Shown here: in pieces, positions 43,862-55,790 of the stretch
Numbering within the stretch: the stretch's first letter is position 1
Layout: every line of letters begins with the position of its first letter
Assembly: GCA_000934665.2 (NCBI GenBank)
Contig: KZ538094.1
Span: 62,001-126,000 of the forward strand
Reading direction: 5' to 3'
DNA: 64,000 nt
DNA from: Catajapyx aquilonaris
Lineage: Eukaryota
Position numbers and translations under genes: made by a program
The notes under the pieces: generated by a model
Told to the model about the DNA's origin: nothing
The model's database searches: none
Seen by the model: only the letters and a program-made list of their open reading frames with translations

Positions 43862-46800
43862 ATATTATATTATTATAAAATGGTATCTCAAGTTTCAAGT
43901 TATTAGAAATGTAGGGGTTATACGCTATGATTAGTCAGCTATATCCAGCTCAAGAAAGGGCATTCTGCCCAGACTTCTGATTTCCATCCCGGCACCCCCA
44001 CACGTGTAACAATATTAGGCCAAGATTAATATTTGACACCCCGCATAATAAAGATTGGAAGGATCGTTTCAAGCCATTCATAATCTGGCAGCATATAAAA
44101 GCCGACAGCAGGAAGAAGCTTTAGCCCAATAAATTTGATAGCACCATCCATATAATAAAAAAAGAAGAGCTTTAATCCGATTCTAATAATTCGAGCAGTA
44201 AACGGTAGCTCGATTGTGTGATAGGAGGCCATTACACCACCGGAATCTGTAATCGACATATTTCTTAAGCCATAATATGTCCGCCGGTCCTTCTAGAAGA
44301 GGGTATACGGACACCTGCCCATCTTTTCCTTCCACCAACACGGACACCTTTCATCATGGCATTCCAGGGTTGTCACAGGCTGGGATTCTGCTTTGGTAAA
44401 ATGTGACCGCTATCTGTCAGCAACACATGCATCAAAGTTGCAATGACAATCACTGCTACACTTATACCCGGATCACGCCCCAAATTGCTTTCCTCTGGAG
44501 GGTATTGGGACAGGCAATGGTCACTGCAAGATATCTTGGTGACCTTTTTTTTGCTCTTGCTCACGACCTGGCAAATGCTCGAGTGCATTTTGTTGTCGTA
44601 TGATAACACAGGTACTTACAGGAGCCTAATGCAGGCCGGAATGCAATATACCGGTCATGGTGTCAAGTCAGGGGCGTGGGTCAAGCGGTGAAGAGTGTTA
44701 TTTTCGCAACGTGTCTGAAGTTGATGCAGATCACGACAATGGAATCCTCGAACGTCCCATATACTATTCTCGGAGTGAATACAAGTGGATTTACACAGGG
44801 TGGGGACTCACTTGGCTTGCAAACCTGAAGGGGATGGGTTCGACCCCATCTGAAGTGACCGGCCTTCGAATGAGGGAGGGAGTACTTCACTCGATGACTG
44901 TCCCTGCATGTATACACCTTAGAGGGTATAATCAGGATCCTATTAGCTCGTGGCTCTCGTGGGCAGATATCAGTCATATCACATAATGGTCCAGTAGGTC
45001 CACATTATATTCGACTGCTGTTCAACCATAGCACGAAACGATGTTATTATGAGAGTGAATACGTCCGAAAACTTCAAAATGCTCGTACCGGTATATACAT
45101 ATTCCAGAAAAATAATTCAGTATGAGCAGGAGCCAATATATTAATGTAATTTATTAAAAATTAAATACAATATATTGTAGGGCACAGAGCAGTAGCCTTT
45201 CCCTTCTGATAGGAACATCATTGTATAGGATGGCACAGCATGGGCACATTTTTTTATACGACAATTTCAATAACGAAGTAATTGGGTGAGCCACCTGCTG
45301 CACGAAACCAGAGACCGCCACCAACCAAAAAAAAACAAAAAAACTTTGTCCTCTGACCCCAAAAAGGACCTAACCAGACATCAGGAGGATGACAGACGCC
45401 TAATATAGAATTTCGTGCTCCTTTTGTCAAGTGTCTGCTCTCGTCCCCATCCCTTTATTTCATGGCAATCAATGGCACAGAAAAGGCTCTTGCCTGTTCC
45501 ATTCAAACATGGCTTTTAGGCCTATTATATTTTTTACTCAGCCAAGCAACACAGGTCATGTTCCCCTTCACGGTGGACCCAATGCGGAAGGTAGATAAAT
45601 AACTGCTATTTTGAAAATATGGCGGACGACATCACTTTTGACTACACTACCCCGAAGCATCTTTTGGAGCTCACGAACTTTTTAATTACACTCATCTCAG
45701 TACCGTAACTAATCTGGTCGATTTTAATTTGCACGTGCACCGGTGTATCCAAGTATAGCGTCGAGATGACCCATCGTCGCCTGCCCCAGGCCAGTATGTC
45801 AACCTCAACCGGATCATGAACACGTTCATTAACTGCGAATACAAAAAAAAAATGACATATGCCGCCATACGTACAGTACCTGCGTAATTAATAGCCACGT
45901 ACATGAAGGACACGCCGCACTGAAGGGAAAGGACGGCCCCAGGACGATGCAATTACCCTGGAGGGACAAGCGCGAAAAGTGCCATCACTCGTATCTGACA
46001 TGCGGTGAAATAGGAAGCGCCAAAAATAGTCAAGCGGACCGGTGACAATGACAAAGTGCGTCGCTGCCGCCACCAGGACCACGAACTCTTCCTCCTTTGT
46101 CGGCCCTCGAGGTCAGTCGAGGTGTGTGCCGTATTATCAATCGGTGGAAATATTTAACATCAATTTAATTTTTTAACGCTCAAATTGGACCGATCCTACA
46201 TTGCTTGCCTAAAAAAACCGTCCCGGGCAGGTCTCGGGCTACCTGCTTTACGCACTTTTTTGAAACCATTCCAATTAGCAATGGCCCCAAGATATAAAGG
46301 ATGGAAAAGTGTTGGTTCCCTGGGGGCCAATGACCAGCCAGGCTGTCATCCTGGCTGCTGCACGTTGCCATCACAAAAACGGGCATTCATTACTGGCCGG
46401 CGCCCATTTCTTACTGATCAGTCAGCTCTCCAGCTATCTGCAGCCTCTTTTGAGGGGTGGGTGGAGGATGGTGGAGGGGGCACCCTTCTCTGTGCATCGC
46501 CGCCTCCACAAGAAGAAATCAGGAGTCAGTGTCCTCCGCTTGTCATTAGTCCCAATCAAGTGCTTCAAGGCTGTTGTTTCCATTTTTAAACTTAGATGCT
46601 GCCAGGGGGTGTGAAAAATGGTGGAATATTGAGATGGAAGGCAGCACTGGTGCAGATGGAATATGAATAAAAATAACTGGTTTCATTTGGAGAGGAGCCG
46701 AACGAGTTGTTTGCTTTTTACGGCCCAGGAGATCTGAATCACAAATGCGACTAATGGTGGATGGGTATTTATCCTTATATTTATGCCGGATGATAGAGGA

Positions 46801-47999
46801 AGACGTGAGGAGCTTATCTAGCTTTCTAGGATCTATTTTTTTGGGGTGTTGCAGAAGTATGCCACGTAGGCACTATGTAGGTGTTGGAAACCCTACGGGG
46901 GAAAAACGCATGTAAAGTAACAATCATGAACTGTCAAAAATAGTTCAGATCAAAAGGTATCCAGGCGACGCGACGATTTTTCAGTCGCGTTTTAAACGCC
47001 TAGTGTGGCCTTATAGCAACTTCTAATGACACCGGCAGAGAAGAAACAAGGGGTGGATGCGTGGGTGGTAAGTTAGATAATATAATATTTCATAAGAACA
47101 GCTGTACATGCCACTGCAGGCAATGAAAGTTCAAATGACGTGTCCTTGCCCTGGGTACCTAATATTTCAATTAGACATGTCTCTCCACGCCTAATTCAGC
47201 GCTGACGTTTTTCGTGCCCTTAACTTTTGACATCCAGCGATTGCATACTGTTATAATTTATTAATATCAAATACGAGGCACTATCAGGACCACTTGCCCA
47301 TACATTTTCAGCGTCTTTCTAACTGTACAGCGTGACAGCACCTATCGATAAGACATGGAACATATTTTTTAATGCTCCTGACCCGCATGTCGATGCTCCG
47401 ATTAGTTCTCGTTTTCAGGAGGTGGGGGAGGGGGAGGGGTTAGAAAAATGCCATGAGCTACAACTCTTTTCAGGTAGGTGCATCCCCCACCCTCACCAGC
47501 AACCGAGGGCAAAACTCTGGAGCCATCCATCATGAGGCCCTGGGGGCCTCACAGAATGGATACCAAAAGGGATAGGGTAAATTACGCGGAGGACAAGCAG
47601 GGAAGAAGAAAGAAAAAACAAAAAAAAATAGGTGCTGCAGGCATTTCTGAACCAGCACCTGCCCGATTAACAAATCTTTTCGGAATGGAGGAACTCCTAA
47701 CCTGGTTATAATTGCAGCCTCTTGCCAAATGCTCCAGGCCACGTTGGAGTATGGTACGGTCGGGCTTGCATACCGCCAGGTGGATACAAGTTCGCATATT
47801 GGCCACAGGGACGTTCTTTATTTATTTTTTAAATGGCCAATTTGAATTGTTAATACGTCAGAAAATTCATAATTTTATGATGATGGAAGACAAATGTGTA
47901 CTACACAATCTCCAACTAATATTATTAGTCTATATAAAATTGTAATATTTAAAATAATAATAATAAATAGAACAATGGAATCGGAAAATGGGCTATGTT

Positions 48000-49600
48000 A
48001 CACCTAACTGATCTAGCTTCATCTCCCAATGTTTACATACCGATATATAGGGCAGAGGGGAAAAAATTGTCCTGGAATTTGGTGGGATTAGACCGGACAG
48101 CTGAAGAACGTGACTGAATACTAGGGGGACATGCAGGAGGTTGATGGAGTTTGAAAACAGCCCCCAAAAGGGACAAAGGCGGACGGGGTTTTCAAAATTC
48201 TGGAAACCCCGCCCCCCCACCCCCACCCCTCCTCCGGCTTTATTGTTCGCTAGAAAAAGGGAAAGGGGGAAGCCTCGTTAGTTAGGGAGGTTTTAGGGGT
48301 GGGCCCCTTTGCCTTACCTGCCAAAAGGACTCCGGTCAAATGGGTTTACGCCGTGTTTTGCATTTCAACATGCCTCCAGGGGACGGAAAGCCAAGGGGGG
48401 AGACGACAAACATCCATGTTCTACTGTAGACCATCAGGGGATTTGCAGCTGAAACCATTTTTGGAATGTGCCTATATATATAACATCGTATTGCATTCTG
48501 ATCACGCAATTGGGTACCGCTTCTCTAAAAGGTGGGATTGCCCGAATGGCACACTTTATGACAGGTGAGGATGGGAGGGCAGACTGGTCCGTTTGGACTG
48601 AAATGACCACCCATCCAGAAAGGGCTATTTTTGGGCCCGGACTGTTCCCTGGGGCTAAGACGACTACCGTATTGGTCTATCTACCAGGTATAGCAGCCCT
48701 AGGCATCGCAATTACCCCCGGAACAAGGGAAGACAGGGGAGGGCGTGAATGCGGCATTTGCAGGTGATTACAGTTGTCTGGGAGGGCTGCAATTGGGCTC
48801 CTTGCAAAGGAGCGGGGGTCCCAAATGCCCTCCTGAATGGAAATGATAGGGCCAAAGTTGATGGGGGCTCTTGGAAAGGACGCGGGAGTGTCATTTCGGA
48901 GACGATTAACCGGAGCGGTTTCTTTCCCAAATGGCCCCTGGTGTCTTTGCCACTGTTATTAAATGGGAATAGCATTGAGGGGTGAGGTCACGAATTGGAC
49001 CCGACGTTTTGAATGCCCAAGTGCACAGAGGGGGAGGATGGCTGCTGAGATCTTTGGCCCAGGAGGCTCAATTGATCCAGATAAACTCCTTTGGTACACA
49101 AGTAGTGCATCATTTTTTGGACACCAGGTCACCTCCAAGAAGATTAGCAGCTGCTTTTTAACCACTTTTGCAGTTGAACTTCACCAGAAAAGAAGCTACA
49201 AAAAAATAAGGTTGGGGTGAACCCCATGGTATACTATGTTGATGACATGATCTGAATGCGGATCCCCAGATAACATCTCCCCTCAGTTCATTCTAACTTT
49301 CCACGCCACAACATCGCTCCTCGGGAATTTCAAAATCATGGATTTCTTCCTCCTTTCCCCCCCCCCCCCCNNCCCCCCCCCCCCCGTTTGTATGAGGAGG
49401 GGGTAGGGTTCCAATGAGATAAGCTGCAGGGGGATTTTCCTCAAGTAGTGAAAAACTCCACTCGCAAGGGCAGTGTGTTTTCAAAGAGTTTGGGACCCTT
49501 TTCAAAAATGTGACGGGATGTCAAGGAGGGGATCAGGGCGGACCTGGTTCCAAATTTCACGATTTTCGTTACCAAAAAGGAAGTCCTTGTTGGTCTCGGG
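48000..49600 (-). mobile_element. Highly decayed LINE-like region
   Basis: Weak endonuclease-like remnants (LLEENPPAAYLIGTL, followed by a GGG stretch) and GC-richer coding-like composition; no intact frame. Confidence 0.25.
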
Positions 49601-50362
49601 TTCTACTCAAGTAGTCAACACCTGTAATATGTACCACAAGAGGAAGTACTTGTATGCATTTTTTATTGGTACATTTGCAAAATTTTACACGCGTCACTGG
49701 TACTTACATCGTACATAAATTAGGGCGTGAAAATGGAAAACAAATGCTGAACTGGTCTACACACTCAATTTCTGCGCATTCATGTGAAAATATATTTTGT
49801 TGCTTGCCAGGTGGTAGTGAAATATTACCTTCATTAAATTACCCGATGTCTTGTTTGAAATGTAAGCATTGCATGCATACATACACACCAACTACATTTT
49901 ACCAAGCATTACTTCTACTTCTGCATGATTCATCTAGTTGTTCCCAAGAGAGTAGTTATTTCTTAACTAGGGCTATGAGAATTCAAGTACACTCACTGGC
50001 AAGTAAATCAAATAAAAATATATGGGGTATTGGTGGCTACATGGTGGTCTGAAATCGGAGGTACAGTACACCAGTTATCAGATATTGGTAACTTTTTGTA
50101 GCTATTACAAAAATATATTAGCAAACTGCTGAATCTGCAATCGTTGATTAACATGTACATATCATTACAGTCTCGTCCATCATAAAAATGCTTGCTTCAA
50201 TACCAGTTGCTGATATCAATAAAATGTCACAGGTTTAAAAATGCAATGCAATGTAAGATAACAAAACACAACGTACCAGTAGAACTATACATAACAAATA
50301 GAAGATTCGTGAAACAAGGGCAAGATTCATTCACATTGCATGCAAATATTAGTAGGCTAAAT

Positions 50363-50509
50363 CCGAGGGGGTAACCACTTCGTGGAACCGGTGTACAGGG
50401 TCTCACTGGAACCAGCTTGGAACCGGCCTGGAACCGGCTTGGAACCAGGTGGAACCTACTGGTTCCAGGATCTGGCGTACAATTTTTTGGGGAGTGGCTA
50501 CCCCCTTGG
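50363..50509. mobile_element. MITE with internal about 11-bp GGAACC tandem repeats
   Basis: TIR CC(G/A)AGGGGGTA(A/G)CCACT at both ends, internal TGGAACCnGCT-type units, and CTAAAT on both flanks. A related end lies in inverted orientation at about 42392-42436. Confidence 0.75.
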
Positions 50510-51492
50510 CTAAATATCTGGACATACAGTCAAAACATAAATATCGCAACTTCATGAAGTGTCATTTGAACTAGTAAAATATAACCAAATAATGCCTAAC
50601 CCAGTAAATATAAATTAAATAGCTCAAGTTGCTTAATTCCAATTATAACAACCAATTTGATTATTTCATATTTCCCCTTTTCATGGGCATGCAGGACGAT
50701 GGAACCAGAACCTGTGCAATTGTGATGGAAGTTGGATGATTTCACCAATTATGTTCTCCTTCTGTCCCACAGCAAGCCCAAAAAAGGAGTTGCCATTACT
50801 TTTCTCTCAAAATTGTAAATTCAGGTTAAATTACATGTGCTGCCGAATATGGGTCATTCCACGCAGTGTACAAAACAAAGATGTGTGACTACCTTCGATG
50901 TCAGACATTAATTCTTGAGATGATGATTATCAGTAGCATGAGCTCACTGAATGCTAGCAGTTACCCTTGGCATTTAGCAGTCCTTGTATGCTTGCCAATA
51001 CAAAGGGCATTCATAATGTTCTAACCCTGATGACAAAATGAAAAAGGTAAGCAGCAGAAAACATTATATTTCCAACATGGCCCCCTTGAATATCAACACA
51101 GTTGATCCAGTTTCCTACCTGATCCAACCCTACATAACAAACATTTTTTTCCACCCCAGTGCCCAGGAGGTCTACTCTTTTATTGGATGTGCTTAAGACT
51201 TGACGAGTCCAATTCATAAACAAATTGTGTCTTCCAAGAGGAGCAGATTTACAATTTATGGCTTTATGAAAGGAAATTTAGAAAAGTCTCCAATTATGCG
51301 TAAGAATAAATTTTCACACACTACAATAATCCTACAAGTCAAGGTGCCTTCCTTAATATGAGGTGATACAACTGGCCCTTAGAGAAGGGAAGTTACTTCA
51401 TTGATTTGCATCCACTTCATGACCCACTAACAAGCAAGTTTTGCCACTGTTGAAACTGGCGGTAGCCACTTAAATCATAGTAAGCCTTGAAA

Positions 51493-51752
51493 TAATATTA
51501 ATTGGTTACCTTTGATAAGCCCTTGGCCTTTAATGGGTTCCTCTTTTATTAATGACCTGACTTTAATCACTGGCTGCACTGCTGCTGCCGCTTCATTGTG
51601 GGAAGAAACAGAACCCAGAGAAAAACCACGTTAACACAGAGGGAACCACCAAAACTCTGTCCACATGAGAAATTCCTGTCTGACGCAGGGATCAAACTCG
51701 GGACTTGTGTGTGGAAGGCTGTGGCCATAACTACTACATCAATGTGCCATCC
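51493..51752 (-). mobile_element. Older tRNA-derived SINE with a V-domain-like centre
   Basis: Degenerate A/B boxes (GAGTTTGATCCC) on minus, central GTTCCCTCTGTGTTAACGTGGTTTTTCTCTGGGTTCTGTTTCTTCCCACA, and 11-bp TSD AAGCCTTGAAA at 51482-51492 and 51753-51763. Confidence 0.7.
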
Positions 51753-52540
51753 AAGCCTTGAAAGTAGATGGGCATATAAAAAAGGCAGACTTAAATTTAA
51801 ACTACTGCAGTACATACACAATTACACATATTCAAATCTTACTTTTGTTGGCATACAATGTCAACTTACGTATTTGCCACTAAATTCAATCTCATTGCAG
51901 ATCTTCATTCAAAGAGACTACAGGGCTGTCTGGATTTAAATACTGATCCTAATGTTTTCTTTCCAGAACTCTCACAAATTCCTTACACTTTTTAGATTCT
52001 CAAATTAAATGTGCATTAATCATGTTAGGGAAGCAGCTCATTCAGTTCACACAAACGTGACATTAAACATCAGATACTGGTATGTCATCCTGACACACCC
52101 TAATGGAAGTAAAGTTGTATCACCAGTAGGTTCTCCTTTTAATCACTCAACTAAAACTCCATAAATCAAGTTCATGGATACTGTGAATCAATGTTGCACC
52201 AAAGATGGACAGTAGGTTCGCAATAAGCTTTCTTTCATTAAATTTACAACAAATAATTGAGAAGCACAGATAAAAGTTTCAAGAAATTCTCCTGCCACCC
52301 ACTTTAGTTCAAAAGAGATTTGGGCATGGGGAGAGACCCAATCACAAGGATTCATGAGAGCATGCATAGTTGACTTACCCTACCTCCTCAGAGAACTATT
52401 TTTTATACAGAGAGAGTGTTCCAAGTATATTAGTTCTTTCAGTTATAGGAAATTTCGTTTGAAGCTGCTATTTTTTTGTAGCTATGATAGTTGCATGATC
52501 CAGGTGTCATTATCCCCAGGTGCAGCTGGTGATATTAGGT

Positions 52541-52861
52541 TTAGGCCTGAAATAAAGGAGATTCCATACATGATCTGGGTCCTAGAATGTCAAGGATCAT
52601 ATGGGTCATAGCTGTTATCTGACACAAGTCGCAGAGAAGGTCCTCATATGTTGAATATTCATCATTAAGGATACATTCAATGACAGCTTTGCTACGGTAA
52701 ATCTTCTCTAACACCGTTTTCATCTTGGGGGCATACTCCTCACTCGGCTTCAGCAGCTCATAGTGTGCCTGATCTGATGTAAATGTCACTTTGGGGTCAT
52801 CAAGGTCATACTTCGAAATCCACCACCGATGTATGGGTACCATTTTTATTGGCACACCATC
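52541..52861 (-). pseudogene. DNMT1 RFTS (replication-foci-targeting) domain-like fragment
   Basis: GVPIKMVPIHRWWISKYDLDDPKVTFTSDQAHYELLKPSEEYAPKMKTVLEKIYRSKAVIECILNDEYSTYEDLL aligns by eye with recalled DNMT1 [70 protein letters not shown]. No other DNMT1 exons were found in the window. Confidence 0.7.
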
Positions 52862-52916
52862 CTGTGTGTTATCTGACACAAGTCGCAAAGAAAGTCCTCA
52901 TAATTATGTTGCACAT

Positions 52917-53275
52917 GGGGGAGGTGTGGTGGCCGTGATGGTAACGTCACGGCTTGCTGAGTGAAAGGCCCCAGGTTCGATCCCCGCCTGGGGAACTTTC
53001 CTTTCACCTGCGTCGGGAGGGTCTCTGACCTGCACCAAGGAGGTGTCTGGCAACCTAACCTCCTGGGGGACAGCACATGACCCATAACTATGACATTGCA
53101 CCTTGCACCCATGTTCCCTCCCCGTAAAATCCCTATCCTTACCCAAATTCCTTGATTCCTTGCACCGGAGTGGAAGTTAAAAAAGAAAAATTGGAAAATA
53201 AAATAAAGGTTCATGCGATATACCTCGTAAGGGGTGAAAGCATTACCCACAATTATTATTTATTATTATTATTAT
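52917..53275 (+). mobile_element. tRNA-derived SINE, head family A, tail type Y ((ATT)n)
   Basis: A-box-like TGGCCGTGATGG, B-box GGTTCGATCC, (ATT)n tail, and 16-bp TSD TAATTATGTTGCACAT at 52901-52916 and 53276-53291. Confidence 0.9.
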
Positions 53276-53425
53276 TAATTATGTTGCACATTCATCATTA
53301 TCTTTCCAGAAGGGCAGGCAAGCGAATTTTTTTTGGTGGAGGCGATGACGTAATAAAAACCGGGGGTGGTGGTGGTTTCCAAAAATGTCAAAAATGTCAA
53401 AAATGTGATGACGTAATATGTGCCC

Positions 53426-53725
53426 CTAAACCCCTAAGCTGGAATCACAGGCACAGGCTATTGTCCAGATCCCTACATCTGGATGGGCAGCCACATAGGC
53501 CCTGACAGCAACTTCATGCGCCTCGTGCCTCGCAAGGCGCCTATAACGGGGGCGAAGTGATAGAGGAAATGTCCCACGCTGTTGAAGGCACTTCGCCAAA
53601 TGCTGGATGAGCTTAGTGCAGAGATTCCAGGTGTACTCCTTAGCAGCACACACTGCGCTCTCCTGGCTACCACCATACACCATTATTATATCAAACAGCT
53701 GGCCATTTGTGTATGTGGGATACAT
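53426..53725 (-). pseudogene. N-terminal fragment of a Tc1/mariner-like transposase (DUF4817-type HTH)
   Basis: MYPTYTNGQLFDIIMVYGGSQESAVCAAKEY...LQQRGTF...VAAHPDVGIWTIA resembles the recalled pattern YTNxExxDMxxVYGxxxxNAxxAxRxY...LRETGSF...VxxxPxxSxRxIA; truncated. Confidence 0.55.
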
Positions 53726-53860
53726 GGTGATACTCTGCTACTGTGGCAATTAAATGCTAGGTCCTCTATACAGTGCAGTATTTATTCATTACTATGCTGT
53801 GGTCACTGATGGGACTTTTTATCATCAGAAACTGGTCAACCAGGTGATAGGCTAAGACCA

Positions 53861-54187
53861 CAGTCTAGAAGGATAGGTCGGGAAACTCCCCGCCATCTTG
53901 CGATCCGTTACTCAATCCCGCCGTGGCGCTGACTGGAGGTCGCCATGATGTGAACTGGATCGTGAACACATCCATATTGCGGCCATCTTGGTATACGCTA
54001 TCGGTAGTAATCGGGAGGGGGGTCGCTGATAAACCTAGTAATCGGGAGGAGGGTTATGGCGAATGGAGTTGTTATGGCGAATGAACGACACGCACAGCGA
54101 GATTCCATTGTTTTTACTAGCGCCGCTGCAGGAAGGAATAACGGATCGGCCTTTTCTATTGCGCTGGGATAGAAGTGTCTAGGGGCT
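53861..54187. mobile_element. Non-autonomous DNA-transposon-like insertion
   Basis: Flanked by direct repeat GGCTAAGACCA (53850-53860, 54188-54198); imperfect inverted ends CAG..CTAGA and subterminal inverted repeat GATCCGTTA/TAACGGATC. Confidence 0.55.
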
Positions 54188-55790
54188 GGCTAAGACCAAA
54201 TATCACCAGCTGCTACTTTCAATCACACTTGGAAGTAATGGGGCACCTGGATCGCAGCGCAACAAGCTACACAAAAATAACTACTTTGAGATATATTAGT
54301 GATAACTAAAAAAGACCCGGGAACTTGGAACACCATGTATATAAAAGGCAAAGTTTGTTTGGTTGTCAACCTTCACACCCATTTCATGGACACATAATGG
54401 GTATGTAAGGGGAACAGAATGGAAGCTGAATTGGTGTTTCAAGAGTGTAGTTGCCTGGACTCTTGCACAATTTGTTCCCTGGCACTCTGAAAGTGGCTCA
54501 TTTTGAATATGGCATAGCATATGATTTTCCAGTATGCATAGGTAAGACTCATTGGCAGGATTTGGAGACATTATCAGCTTCTCTATTCACCTACTTGTCA
54601 GACAATATTTTCTATCCTTCAGTGCTTTCCAACAACAGCCCTTTTACTTGTGAAAAGATATCAAAGTGACAAAGTAATGGGATGACAATTTGTGGTCTTG
54701 TACCTTTCATCCCACGTTCTGATTTTCTTTGCTTGTTTCCTCATCAATTGGCTCATTATCTCCCTGTCACCCCCTATCACTTGAGCTGAGATTCAAAATG
54801 GGACTGAGTTTACCACTGTAACCAAAAATGTGGCTGTTATACTACACCAAGTCCTCAAAATTTACTGACATATCAGCAAAAATACCCCACTACTTTCTAG
54901 GATACCTTGTGTGATCTTACATTGTCAGAACCGACATTTCTTGCATTCTGGGTTATGTTCTGGAGAAAACAATGGCAACCAATCAACTTTCACTTTTTAG
55001 AATCAAAACAAAAATGGACTGTTGATTTACTTTCTCTCACCTCCATTGCTTCCTCCACAACATAAATGAGAATGCAAGGACTGGAGCAGCATCTTCTGAT
55101 AACTGGTTGTCACAGCAGAATAGCCATTTCTAAATTGTGCAGAATTTGAATTCATAAATGCCAAGACTTATTTCATCCTCTATGATTCAAATCTGGAGAA
55201 TGACACTTTGGATTCCATTAGATGGAAAGTATTATAGCCTAGTGAACTGGGATCATTTACTCCAATAATACTGAAAAAAATACTACTGAGCAATATTACT
55301 CAAGTCTAACCACTTAAAATGAAAAGCCCCTCAAGTATTAAATATGATACATTAATAAAAGTAATTTCAAGGCCCTCATCTGCACAAATTTTAAGATAAA
55401 ATGGAATAGTCGATGAGAAATGACAGGTGCACACACATTCACCAACTTAAGAAGCCATCATATAGCTGCCATACCTAATAAAAACTGCTTCCAACAACTC
55501 AACAAAGAAAATACTACACAGGAAGACACAGCCTAAAGCAAAGCAAGACATTGTTCGAATATGAAATTGCCAGCAACATGTAATTTAAAATTAAGATAAC
55601 ATTATCAGTATGGTAACTTCTCTTGACATGCAAATCGAAAATGGCGCCCTCTTTTACTATGTCTATAAATATCAACATGCAATTTCAACCTGGCTATAAA
55701 ATCGTCTCAAGTAGCAAACAGCGCGCCTGCACTTACAGCAAATAAACCGCAAGGTAAATTTGACAAGACAATTTTCAAATGGGAACAAGT

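Noticed and set aside
42392..50400. One 8-kb transposon bounded by inverted repeats at about 42392-42436 and 50361-50400
   Set aside because: The right-hand repeat is the left end of its own complete 147-bp MITE and the two repeats point away from the intervening DNA, so they are independent copies of one family.
50385..50470. CRISPR-like or coding repeat array
   Set aside because: Contiguous units of about 11 bp without unique spacers, inside a TIR-bounded MITE in a eukaryotic genome.
52917..53000. tRNA gene (also at 13040-13125, 43780-43861, 58270-58348 and about 19180-19260)
   Set aside because: A/B boxes are present but there is no proper cloverleaf or acceptor stem. The first four are embedded in longer TSD-flanked repeats, so they are SINE heads; the last is only a B-box remnant.
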